From assembly GCA_031835245.2 (NCBI GenBank), contig JAVKOQ020000018.1, forward strand, positions 1-64,000: DNA of 64,000 nucleotides. The letters are read 5' to 3'. The DNA is from Balamuthia mandrillaris (lineage: Eukaryota). The notes under the pieces are model-generated. The model ran no database searches, was not told the DNA's origin, and saw only the letters and a list, made by a program, of their open reading frames with translations. The stretch's first letter is position 1. Each line of letters opens with the position of its first letter. Shown piece after piece: positions 1 through 11,600 of this stretch. The position numbers and the translations under genes were made by a program.

Positions 1-1
1 T

Positions 2-71
2 AGTTTTATAGAATGGACCATGGGGAGTTGAATGCCGTAGGTTCTGAGTACCCGCCCCTAACCCTAACCCT
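2..71 (+). repeat. 70-bp direct repeat, copy 1 (ends CCCTAACCCTAACCCT at 56-71)
   Basis: Base-for-base match to 3015-3084; may extend beyond the window start. Confidence 0.97.
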
Positions 72-477
72 TCTTGGTGATGGTGTCACTCGAGCAGCAA
101 CAACAGGAGCGACAGGACGCACTACAGCATTGACAACAACCTCAGACCATGCTTACTTGTTGTTGCTAAAAAACCAAATGGATGCCATCAAAGATCAAGT
201 CAAACAGGCCATTCGACATTGCAAAAGAGCCAAACCCTCCTGTTCTAGCAAACAATTGTGCAAAGACGCATGTTTGTTAGATGATGTCTTACATATTATC
301 GCATCCACTCCAGATGGACTGGTGAGCAAAGCTGCTGAAGCCAGTTGTTGGTTACACAGTGTTTGTACTGGTGCCAGAGCCATTACAGCTGCAAACATTC
401 GTTTGGGTGATATTGTGGCATTTCGACCTAAACTTTCATCCTCCTCTTTCAACAACAACAACAACAACAACAACAAC

Positions 478-553
<76 letters not shown>

Positions 554-557
554 TAAG

Positions 558-610
<53 letters not shown>

Positions 611-1751
611 AATGACAACATCAGCTGCCATCACCAAGAGGATGCATTTTCTGCTCCTCCTCTTTATTTCCTTTCATTGTGCCAACAAGTCACCAAAGGA
701 ATACCAAATCATTGGAATCATGTCGTTACATTTGAAGGTTATTTAACACCACCACCACCACCACCACTACCATCATCATCATCATCACGAGGATCATCTT
801 CTTCACCATCACCATCATCACCACTTAGGACCGCTGCTGCTACGACCTCTGCTGCTGTCACCACCCCTGCTGCCACCACATCAACAACATCAACACCAAG
901 CATTTGTCTTGGAGATTTTATTTACTGGTTAAACAAGCATCTGTTATGCAAGCATGGTTTGGATTTGCGCGAGTTTCACAACTGGCGCTTGACAGACAAA
1001 CAAAAACAAACATCATTATGGGGATGGTCACGCGATACTTTAAATGCCAAGTTGCAAGATCGGGCTGTTCGGGCTGGTTATCCTGAAGGATTGTTTTCCT
1101 TTCACTCCTTGCGTGCTGGCTTCCTTTGCACTGCCTTGATCTTGGAGGGACTGCAGGAAGGCCACAGTCAGAACAATGTACTGGATACTACTGCCCTTAT
1201 CGCAGGTTGGGTACCTCGTGGTAGATCCCAGCAAGTCTACGTCAAGGATACATTAAAACGTGCTATTGTGGCCAATCGCTTGGTCAGCAATGTTACTACT
1301 CATCCTCATTCTTCTTCTTCTTCTTCTTCTTCTTCGTCATCTTCATCCTCTGTTGCAACTACCACTGCTGATTATCATCCTCCTCGACATTGCGGTTTGT
1401 TACTGCTCATCTGATTTTTGTTTTTTCTTTTGTTTTTTCTTTGGCTGGGCTAGCTGCCTGACCAGCGTCAATAAACCACCACCACCACCACCACCACCAC
1501 CACCACTACCACTTGATGGACTGACTTGCTCTCTTTTTGGTTCTTTTCATCCTCACTCCCTTGCATGCATACAGTTATTGCTCCAGAGCTAGTTACCAAA
1601 GAAGCATTTCACAATCTATCCCCAGATGCTTTGCAACAATCCAACTGGTCTGCAGATACCAACTATCAGAGTTTTATTCATGCTGTTCGCCAACGGTTTG
1701 TTTGTGTGTTGTTTGTTTGTTTTGTTTGCATAGTATCCACCACCATCACCA

Positions 1752-1787
<36 letters not shown>

Positions 1788-2899
1788 TTATCTATCCAGT
1801 TAGTCATGGCTTGTTTGTTTGCTTGCTTGCTTGCTTGTATTCAAAAATGCACCCTTAGACCTGGCGCTCAGCTAGAACGCACAGGTTTATTGTGGCAGCA
1901 GCAACATTCATAGTCTAAACAATAATTGTTATAATTGGTCTTGGTTCATTTGTTCTTCTTTTGACATTCACTCACACTTTGTTTTTTGTCTCTTTTCCCT
2001 TTTTCTTTCTTTTCCTCTTTCTTTCTCTCGCTTTCTCTTTCTCTCTTTTTCTTCTTTTACACTGCTTCTTTAGGTGGTTCATGAAACGAACAGATTTGCC
2101 AACCAAAGATCAACAAATACGATTTTATTGCTCCTTGTGGCTTGAATGTTGTACCGCTTGGGTAGAAAATCATCCAGATGAGTTTGACAAGGATGTGCTA
2201 GCTGAAGCTGCAGCCACCTATGAGGCCAAAAACAAATCTCCTCTTCGTTGGCCCAATATTCATCGCCAGCTGTGCCGTCAACACATCTCTGGCATTCTGC
2301 AAAGCTTTTTCAGTGGCTTGAATGAGCTGGTGGATGAGTTTGTAGCTCCTGTACTTCCCAAGTTGGTCAACGGATCACCCATTCACAAAGCATTCCTCAC
2401 CCCTCGTCAAGAGCAATCATCCTCTTCCCTTGCTTCTCTCGATGATGACGATGACAAGAGTCGTGACTCAAAAAAACAAACACCACAACGACAACGACTT
2501 CGCAGAGCGCTTCAGCGACAACAATTGTTATCCAGTCGACTCAAATATCGAAAGAATGGCCATCGGCAACGGATCGCTTGGCAGGCACCAGAAATCCGTA
2601 GACTTGTCACTTGGCGCTTGCGTGATGAATGGTCTTGGTTGGAGATTGCCAAACACTTGCCTACCCAACGTCGAACCAACAATGATTGCTATGATAAATG
2701 GCGCAATCTCCTCACAGAATTCTCCAACAATCTGGACGCTTTGAAGGCCAAATACTTGGTGGCCCACGATGAGGACTTTGACAAATCGGATGATGATGAT
2801 GATAATGACAACACTTCCTCCCCATCATCATCTCCTACTTCTACTACCACTACAGTTATATCCATCTTGGATGAAGAGGAAGAGACAGAGGAGAAATGA
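13..2899 (+). CDS. Tyrosine recombinase with C-terminal Myb/SANT (telobox-like) domain; spliced; frameshifted inside a CAA tract
   Basis: Box I TGARAITAANIRLGDI (R at 376-378), VTKG (K 695-697), HSLRAG (1103-1120), AGW (W 1208-1210) and QVY (Y 1238-1240). GT-AG introns 1395-1574 (phase 1) and 1696-2073 (phase 2) join the frames to the last exon, which carries W..(19)..W..RRTNNDCYDKWRNL (~2570-2713). One frame change is needed within 559-610. Confidence 0.75.
450..609 (+). repeat. Interrupted (CAA)n microsatellite (poly-N/Q) inside the recombinase ORF
   Basis: Seen directly; register changes near 478, 519 and 553-558. Confidence 0.97.
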
Positions 2900-3014
2900 T
2901 GATGATGATGATGATATTATGATTATATCTTGTTAGATTATATAGGTATTCCTATACAAAAATTGAAAAAATTGCTACTTTGACCCACTTTATCCGTTAG
3001 ACTTATAGACTTAG

Positions 3015-3084
3015 AGTTTTATAGAATGGACCATGGGGAGTTGAATGCCGTAGGTTCTGAGTACCCGCCCCTAACCCTAACCCT
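3015..3084 (+). repeat. 70-bp direct repeat, copy 2 (ends CCCTAACCCTAACCCT at 3069-3084)
   Basis: Identical to 2-71. Confidence 0.97.
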
Positions 3085-3600
3085 ACCAGAGCACTACTGA
3101 TGTCCCACAAGCCAACTGCTGTGCCAACTGGTCAGGAGAAGAGTTGCCATCCATCACCACTACAGCCTGGTATATGCTGCATTATTGTTCCATGGAGATA
3201 GGCTCAGCTAGAAGCTGGCCTTCTTTGCCATCTCCTTGGTCAATGCGAAAAGCTTCCATTTCTTGTTTGGGCTCTTCATTTGCACAAATCCTGAGAAGCC
3301 TGCATCCAACAGGTCAGGATATTGCAAAGAGAAGATGACTAATGTGGTGCGAAGCAAGTTTCCAGGTGTCCACAGTATAGACTCCTCCTGTTGTGGTTCC
3401 TCTCCACACTGCCTGCCTTTTCTTTTGCTCAAACGGATGCTCCAACCCCAGCTTGGCGTCACTCAGAAGCGTTCTTGGGTTTCACAGAGGTTCTATTGAA
3501 AATCAGGAAGGTGTGGTGATGCTCTGGCTCATGACAAACGGAAAGTTGCCTTCTGGAGAGACCAATGGCACAGGTCCCCAATCAGGTGAATGGTTCATCG
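3085..3600 (-). pseudogene. Glycosyltransferase family 90 (CAP10/POGLUT-like) pseudogene fragment
   Basis: Manual minus-strand translation across frames gives HPFEQKKRQAVWRGTTTGG, RTTLVIFSLQYPDLLDAGFSGFVQ and ISMEQ*CSIYQAVVVMDGNSSPDQLAQQLACGTSVVLW. These are GT90-type motifs in order, with two frameshifts and an internal stop; the upstream limit is approximate. Confidence 0.7.
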
Positions 3601-3915
3601 AAGGTCCTCCTCTCGCTGTTTTCTAACCACGTAATTGTGTCTTGACGTTACAGACGGAGGGAAGGGAGGGGCTGCCATGGGTGGTGTTGCGTCAGTGTGC
3701 AGCTGAAAGGGAGCAGGAACAAAGGATCCAGTTCTTTCTGGGCAGGGGGAGGGGAACGGTTGCCGCTGCAAGGTCGTGCTGCTGACCACAAGCATCACTC
3801 CAACCACTCCTTGCCATTGGGAAATTGTCAAATCGTAAAAATGTAAAATTATTGCCAAAATTGAAATTCAAGAAGGAAACAAAGGTACAATGCAGAGAGT
3901 TAGAGCCAACCCTCG

Positions 3916-6106
3916 TTATAGTGAAGAAGAAAGTTCGGGAACGGGTGTGGGGGTTGCTGGTGTGCCGTGAACCCGGAAACGATACACGCAGGTATAGTCC
4001 TTATTGCCGTAATTGGAGAGCACCTCCAGCCGAATGGCCTTGAAGCCACGGGCTGGGATTTTGTCCTTGTTCTGTTGCACAAACAGAGAAAGCAAGAAAC
4101 AACAAGAGGGTGAGAACGAACGAACAAAGCAAGAAAGAGTTAAGGCTGCTCATACATCTACAGAGAATGTTTGCACTTGCCGACCGTTGATGTCATATGT
4201 GTATTCTCCAAGCTTGACTCCGATGCCGTCCTTGTCTTCATATCCCTATTTTGTTTTCAAATTTCAGAGACGAACAGAAGAAGCTTGCATCAACAAACAA
4301 CAACGTACGTATACTAAAAAGTTTTGGGGAGCGCTGGTAAAATCGCGGGCTACACCACGAGACACGTGGTCCAAAGAGAACTCTGAAGGCAGCACTGGTT
4401 GAGGGAGCTCGATGGTCACAAAGCCATGACTGCCCGGGAAGGCCCAACAGTGTCCAAGGGCGTTGCTTGGCTGCGGGAAAAGGCAATCGAAGTGAGTAAC
4501 AAGGAGAGAGCAGAGAGCAGAGAGCAGAGAGCAGAGAGAAACCATTAGGATAACAGTCGGAGATTCGGATGACTTGCCAGACAACCAATCAAGGAAGCCC
4601 CTCTGATAAGAGGGAGAGGTGTAACTGAAAATTATGCGAGCGCCTCCAGACTCCAACGCGTAGTCAGTCTTGTTCAACCTGTCCGCCGCGAACTTCTCCA
4701 ACTCGTTCCAAATGAGCTGAATTACCACGTCGTTGGACAGGTCCATTTGTTTTTCGTTGATGTAGCGGGCAATCCTTTGGACCTCTTCTTCCGTCAGCTC
4801 AACCTTGGCAGCAGGTTGGTCTTGTTGTTGCTGCTTTAACTGCTCTGTCACTTTTTCCAGTTGATCTTTGAGATTCATTAGCTCCTTGTTGAGTCCATCA
4901 ACGTCGACTCGGTCGTGATCAGCTGAGAGCGCTTTGATTTGTGCAACCAAAGCAACGTATTCGTCTTCAAGCCTCTGCACCTCTGCACCCAACTTGCTCT
5001 GCAACGCCTTTTCCAGCTCGTCTCGAATAGTGGCGAGGTCTGGTTTGCTTCCTTTAACGGTTCCATCAATCCATTGTTGAATGACTTCCTTGTGATGCTC
5101 GAGTTCCGCGGAAAAGTCGATTGCTGGCGTAACCTTGATTTTTGCAACTTCATCTTTAACAATTTGTTGGATGTCAGCAATGTCGACACTTCCTTGTGCT
5201 CTGTCATCACTCAGTTTAATGTGTGCGATGGCGGTTTCCAGCTGCTCCCTGAGTTGCTCGTCAAGCCTTTCTGTCAACTGACCGTTGTTCTCTACAAGCT
5301 TACGCTTAACCGCCTCCATGAATGTATCCTGTAATTGTTTGCGATCTTCATCGCTGAGAGAGGTCTAGCCAACATTGGTTGGATTAGATAAGAACAATGC
5401 TGCTGAAAGGTGTTGTACGCAGGAAGAACTCTACCTTCAAAACTTTGAGGTCCTCCAGAGTGGCGAAGCGATGGTTGGCCCAACCTTGGAGGGAGTCTTC
5501 GATTGTGCTGGCTAACTTCTTTTCCAGCTCAGCCAGAGTCTTTTTGGCAACTTCAAGTTCTTCTTTCGTTGGGACGTCGTTTTTGATGAAAGCCTCCAAC
5601 TGGGTGTACGCCTCCTTCAGCCCAGTTAATTCACGCATGTCGGCATCTCGTTGCCTTTGCAGCGATCTTACTTCTGGATTCACTTTCGATAAAATCAACT
5701 CTTCAATTCGCTGCAAACAAAATAGCCACGTTTAACACAAATAATCAAAACTAAAAAGGCAAAGACTAAATGGCAAGTTGCAGGAAGCATTAAACAGTGC
5801 AAATCTTACTTTGTGGTCAACTGGAGCCACTTGGCCGGTAGGGTTCCAATTGGCCAACGCTTGGTTGATGAATGATTGCACATCTCCCCGTGTCACTGGA
5901 CTCTTTGTTAATATGTTGACACAGTGAAAGAACAATTAATACATACATGGCTTGTCTTCTGATTGCTTTGCTTCAATCATCTTGGTCAATTTTTGTACTG
6001 CCCTGTCTACAACAGCAATTTCTTCGCTCTGCTTGCTTACACTTTGGATCCGTGTATTATGTTGTTGCAACTCTTGTTCCAAAGCTGTGGAAAAGGAAAG
6101 GGTAGG

Positions 6107-6142
<36 letters not shown>

Positions 6143-7048
6143 GAAAACTAGTTATTCAATGCTGAACAGTAAACTTTTGCCATACCTTCAACACGCGAGT
6201 GTGTAACTGGAGGAAATCTTGCAAAATAGTTTCTCACTTCTGTAGAAACCAGTTCTGGGAGATTGTAGTCGGTGTTGCCTATAACTATTCTTTGGTCTCC
6301 AGTTTGTTGTAGGCCCAAGCTTTGATAGAGGGCCATCACTATAAGAAATGCAAATAACAACAACGCAAGTTGTTTTACCCACTGTAAAAAGGTATCATGA
6401 GCAATAACAGCAGGGCGAATAGAATTGGTAATGGAGGGGAAAGAGGAACCTTCGAAGTAAGAAAGTCCTTTCCATATTTAAGAAGCTTGACGTCAAAGCT
6501 AAGCAACGCCCACAGCAAACTTTTCGCAAAGTCTTGAAGCGCCACCACCGGTGTGGTTAACCATGAAAACATTTCGCGTGCATCTCCGGGCTCCACAAAG
6601 GTTTTCACTGAAAAAAACATAAACGAAGGAGTCACTTGAGAAAGGGTGATAAAAGAGAAGGGATAACATGAGAAGCAACACACACCTGGGGTTTCTGGTA
6701 CGAAGTCGTCGGCTCTTCCGACGGCAACGCGCTCGGATTCTCCAGTCTCGGTTACTCCATTCCCAGCCCCCACAAGATACGCTCCAACACCGGCGCCATT
6801 ATCTTTCTTTTTTGCAGGAGAGCCCAAGTGTTCGTTATTAGGAAGCGGAGACTCCAACCCCTGATAGTGCCGTGTTCGGTAGTAATAGATACGAGGCGTC
6901 GTGCCTCCCAACCCAGAAACCTTCCTGCCACGCCTTCGTGGGGTTCTGTTATGCAGCAGCGGTGTGGGTTACGCACACCAAAACAAAAAAATACCAAACA
7001 AAAACAAACAAACAGTGGGAGTGAACGGAAAACGCACGTTTCGGACAT
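3916..7048 (-). CDS. SUN-domain (Sad1/UNC-84) inner nuclear membrane protein, multi-exon
   Basis: TM segment, long coiled coil, then DYALESGGARII, GHCWAFPGSHG, FSLDHVS..TSAPQNF and SNYGNKDYTCVYRFRVHG; stop at 3916-3918. Confidence 0.92.
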
Positions 7049-7255
7049 GTTACTTAAATGTGTGGGGTGTACGAAAGTCTAGCAGAGAGTCCAAAGCACA
7101 GGCCGGTGTGTGGTTCGTTTTCTTGTTCTTTCTCTCTGCTGAATGAAACCAACTGCAGGAAATAAAAAGGGTAAGAAAACGACCACAAATTGTCCAACGG
7201 TGTTTGAGGGGTAGAATTTTGTTTCGCGCCAAAATCAATATCCTTTTGTATTAGG

Positions 7256-7332
7256 TGACGTCATCGATAGAATATGACGTCAGCACGCCTCTTTGCGGCA
7301 TAATCCTTCACAAGACTTGCTCAGTGACGTCC
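7256..7332. promoter_or_regulatory. Cluster of CRE-like TGACGTCA palindromes in a divergent promoter
   Basis: TGACGTCA at 7256-7263 and 7275-7282, TGACGTCC at 7325-7332, between the divergent SUN and phosphorylase starts. Confidence 0.45.
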
Positions 7333-7937
7333 GTCAAAGAAGGGGAACTTCACAAAGAAGAAGGAGAGACGAACAGCCAACGAGGGCCGGCAGTGGCTGT
7401 GCCCGGTCACCCACGAAAATGGCAAAGGTGTTTCTAAGAAGGATACAATAAGGTGGTAGTGTTGACTAGCAGCATAGCGGGTTAACCCCGCGCCAACCAA
7501 CGTCGTCTGTTGCCCACACGCGCTCTCATCTGCCTGTTTTATCTGTGTCCCTGCGTTCTGGTTGGACAGGTTGTCGGTATTGCCTCCATTTCAAACACCT
7601 TATCAACCAAAATGCTGGTGCCGCGCACCTTTTCGCCAGGCTTCAAGAACATTCCTTGCTCAAACCGCGGCCAATGGGGGGCGGAGAAGAAGCAAAAAAG
7701 CCTAATTCATAATGGTTGCTACTTCCTTTTAATTTTATTAAATCACCGCTAACGGACGAAAGAAAAAAAAACCAAACCACTACAGCACCTCAAAGGCTAC
7801 TATCTCTCTCTTTTTGTTTTTTTGGATTTATAGGGCGTTTTTCCGGGTTACTCTGTCTCATTTTTTTGCCATCTCCGACGACAAAAGTCACTACTTTTTT
7901 TCCATCTCTCGAAACCACCGCCAATCGCCTTCACGCA

Positions 7938-8604
7938 ATGCAGAACCCAGCAAGCTCATCTTCCGTCAGGTAAGCTTCGTTCACTTGCGCTTGTCTCCTT
8001 TTTTTTCTAGTTTTGCCGACTCGCGAGTAGCGGAGTATCATTTGGTTTTTGTTGTAGTGTTTTTTAAAACACCCGCTAATGTTAATCTTTCAACAAAGCA
8101 ACAAATCCGTCGAGTTGTGGAACTTGTTAAGCAGCGGTGGTGCTTATGGTTCGTTTCACTACTTGATTTCTTTCTCTGGTCAATGAATGGGCTTTTTCTC
8201 ACTGTTTGTTCCCCACTCTGACAGATATGGTCGAGCTGCAAAAGCGGTTCATCTACCACGCCCAAACCACCGTTGGAGCTCGTTCCCCCGAGCTTACTCC
8301 ACTGCAAGCCTACAAGGCTCTCGCTCACAGGTTTATTTCTTCTTTGTTCCTTTCTGCCTTTTTTGGCCGCTCACCCTTTTTTTTTTTTTGAACAACAGCG
8401 TGCGTGAAGATGTGGTGCGGCGGATGAATGACACACAGCTGAAACTCTCTCGTTCAAAGGAAGGCAAAGAGGTCTGCTACCTTTCTCTTGAGTTCCTTAT
8501 GGGACGCTCCCTCCAGAACGCCATCCGCAACCTCGACGTAAAGAGTCCTTATGGAGATGCCATTCTTGCTTTGGGCTACCATTTGGAGGATCTTTATGAG
8601 CAAG

Positions 8605-8635
<31 letters not shown>

Positions 8636-11600
8636 TGCACTTCTACTTGTTCCCTCCCTCCCCTTCTTCTTTGGTCGTTTTCTTCTTCAAATGTCGCCTG
8701 ACAGAAGTATGGCTCCTCTTAGGAATGTGACGCTGGCTTGGGGAATGGTGGCTTGGGTCGCCTGGCGGCCTGCTTCATGGACTCCTTGGCCTCATTGAAC
8801 CTGCACGGATGGGGCTATGGCTTGCGCTATCGCTACGGCATCTTTAAGCAAGCCATTGAGGGTGGTAAACAAGTTGAATACCCCGACCCGTGGTTGGCCG
8901 CCGGTAATCCTTGGGAGGTGGAACGTCATGATGTTGTCTACCCTGTTCGTTTCTTCGGCCATTCGCAAATGACGGAGGCAGGCGACAAGGTTTTCCTTGC
9001 TTAGTTTCCTTCCCTCTGTTTATTTGTTGACTTTTTTTTTGTGTCTTTTCATCTAGTGGGAATGGGTGGGTGGTGAGGTTGTATACGCACAGGCGTATGA
9101 CATGCCAGTGCCTGGCTACCGTACCCACAACACGTTGACAATTCGTCTTTGGAGTGCTAAATCTGCTCAGGTAAAATTTCTTCCGCCTCTCTTCTATTCC
9201 GTGATCGAACTAACTTCCTTCATAATATTGCACGAACACAGGACTTCAATCTTTCAGAGTTTAACGCTGGACATCACGTGAAAGCCTTTGAAGAAAGAGA
9301 AAAGGCGGAGAGTATCACCAGTGTGCTCTATCCGAATGACAACCACCCCGAAGGCATGCCTTTGCGTGCACATCCTGCTGTTTCCCTGTCTACTCACGCC
9401 TTACTAACGTCGTTCTCTCTCTCTCTCTCTCTCTCTCCCCAATACAGGAAAGGAGCTACGCTTGAAGCAACAGTATTTGTTTGTCAGCGCTACCATTCAA
9501 GACATTCTCTATAGGTTCAAAGTGAGAAACCTGCAGTTTATTTTGGGAGACGAGTCCTCTGCCTCATCCCAAACAAGAAACCAGATCATCGCCGTAAAGC
9601 TTGGTTGCAGAGCAAATACAAGAGCCATTCTTGAACGCTTGACGCAGCAATCCATCATGCAACTCAATGACACGCACCCTACACTCAGCATCCCAGAACT
9701 TATGCGCATTTTGATGGATGAAGAGGTCAGTTATCTTCTTTTTTTCTGTTTCTCTTCCGTGGTGTTCAATGCTTAAAACGTTATTTATTCTCACTTCCAA
9801 AGGGCACATCGTGGGATGAGGCGTGGGATACCTGCACTGAAATGTGCGCCTACACTAATCACACTGTATTGCCCGAAGCTCTAGAGAAGTGGCCCGTTCA
9901 TCTTGTGGGAACTATGCTACCTAGACATCTTCAAATTATCTTTGAGATCAACCGCCGCTTTTTGGACCACATGCAAGACGCCATCGATGAAACCAGCATT
10001 CAAGCGATTCGTAATGCCTCCATCATCGAAGAAGGAGAGGAAAAGCACATCAAGATGGCTAATTTGGCCATCATTGGATCCCTTGGATCCAAGTATGTGA
10101 ACGGCGTCGCTGCCATTCATACCGGCTTGCTGAAGACCATGGTACATATTTTCGCCTTCAGGTTTTGCTGATGAACTGTTTGTTGACCAGGACTCACATC
10201 CCAATCATCACAGGTATTTCCTGAGTTTTACACTTTGTGGCCAAAGAAGTTCCAAAACAAAACCAATGGCATCACACCAAGAAGGTTTGCTCATTAATTT
10301 GTTCTTTGCTTCTTTTCTAACCTCTACTTCTCTTGGCAGGTGGTTGAACCAAGCAAACCCTGCTCTGACTGCTTTATTGGAGGAAACTTTAGGCAACTCC
10401 AATTTCGTTCAGCAGTTGAGCCAGTTGCAAAAGTTGCGACAGTTTGCTGATGACGCTGAGTTCCAGCAAAGATTTGTTGCTGTAAAACAGCAGAACAAGA
10501 AGCGATTGGCAGCTCACATCAAACAACTGATGGGAGAGGATGTTAATCCAGACGCGCTCTTTGATATTCAGATTAAACGCATCCACGAGTATAAACGGCA
10601 GTTAATGAACATTTTAAGGTATTTACTTTTTTTTCAAAAAAACTTTTGAGTAGTATCGTTCTCTGTTCATGTTCGTCTTCAACAGCAGCTAACCATACCT
10701 AACTTCAAAAGTGTAATCGACCGGTATCGCTCCATCAAGCAAATGTCGGCAGAGGAAAGAGTACAAGTGGTGCCACGCGTGGTGCTTTTTGCAGGAAAGG
10801 CTGCTCCTGGCTACTTCATTGCCAAGATGATCATTAACCTCATCAACAACGTGTCGGAGGTTGTGAACAAAGACCCTGAAGTTGGAGATTTGCTCAAAGT
10901 CTTCTTTCTGCCAAACTACTCCGTTTCTCAGGCGGAGGTGTTGATTCCTGGTGCTGATTTGTCGCAACAAACTTCCACTGCCGGTATGGAAGCTTCTGGC
11001 ACTGGGTATCTATTTCTCTCTTTCTCAACCTTTTGTTGTTTCTCTCATTTTCTCCTGTTTGTTATTCAGCGGCTAACTTTTTTGACATCATAATACAGAA
11101 ACATGAAATTTGCGTTGAATGGTGCTCTGATAATAGGGACTTTGGATGGAGCTAATATTGAGATCAAAGACGAGATAGGAAAGGACAATATCTTTATTTT
11201 TGGCGCGACCGCCGACGAGGTTCAAGATATTCGCAAGCAACAAAGGTACATTCTGTTTTCTTAAGCTTTCAACGTATACTTTAAAGGAACAGACGAGAGA
11301 GAATGAAGGGGAGGGGGGAAGAATGATGACATATAATATTTTATGGAGATGCTCTGATCTGCAGTGAAGACTTACCTTCAAGAATCTCAACGAACTCTGA
11401 AGCAGATGGACAAGAATACTTTTACGCGCTGTTGAATTGCCGTCAGAACTAACTTCTCTCTCTTGCAAATGAAACGTTGAAACAACAGTGAAGGCAAAGC
11501 AAAAGTTGATGAGCGATTCCAACAAGTACTGGCCATGATAGAATCGGGCTTCTTCGGCGACGCCCAAACCTTCCAACCCTTGTTAGAAAAGCTGCGCCCT

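Larger units (their letters stand above)
2..3084 (+). mobile_element. Tyrosine-recombinase/Myb element bounded by 70-bp direct repeats ending in telomeric CCCTAA units (Crypton/TATE-like, no RT seen)
   Basis: 2-71 is identical to 3015-3084. The interior carries YR motifs and a Myb domain. Host pseudogene sequence resumes abruptly at 3085. Confidence 0.8.

Noticed and set aside
195..637. Poly-L/C/V ORFs on the minus strand
   Set aside because: Antisense translations of the CAA microsatellite.
1859..1940. Possible extra exon in the YR-Myb gene
   Set aside because: No acceptor/donor pair I tried keeps phase 2 without a stop; direct 1695-to-2074 splicing is in frame.
2..3084. LTR retrotransposon or DIRS interpretation of the direct repeats
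   Set aside because: No gag, RT, RNase H or DDE integrase motifs, no TG..CA ends, and the gene appears to contain spliceosomal introns. A larger parent element outside the window cannot be excluded.
7238..7247. ATATCCTTTT resembling a U12 donor
   Set aside because: Intergenic, with no reading frame needing it and no matching branch site or AC identified.
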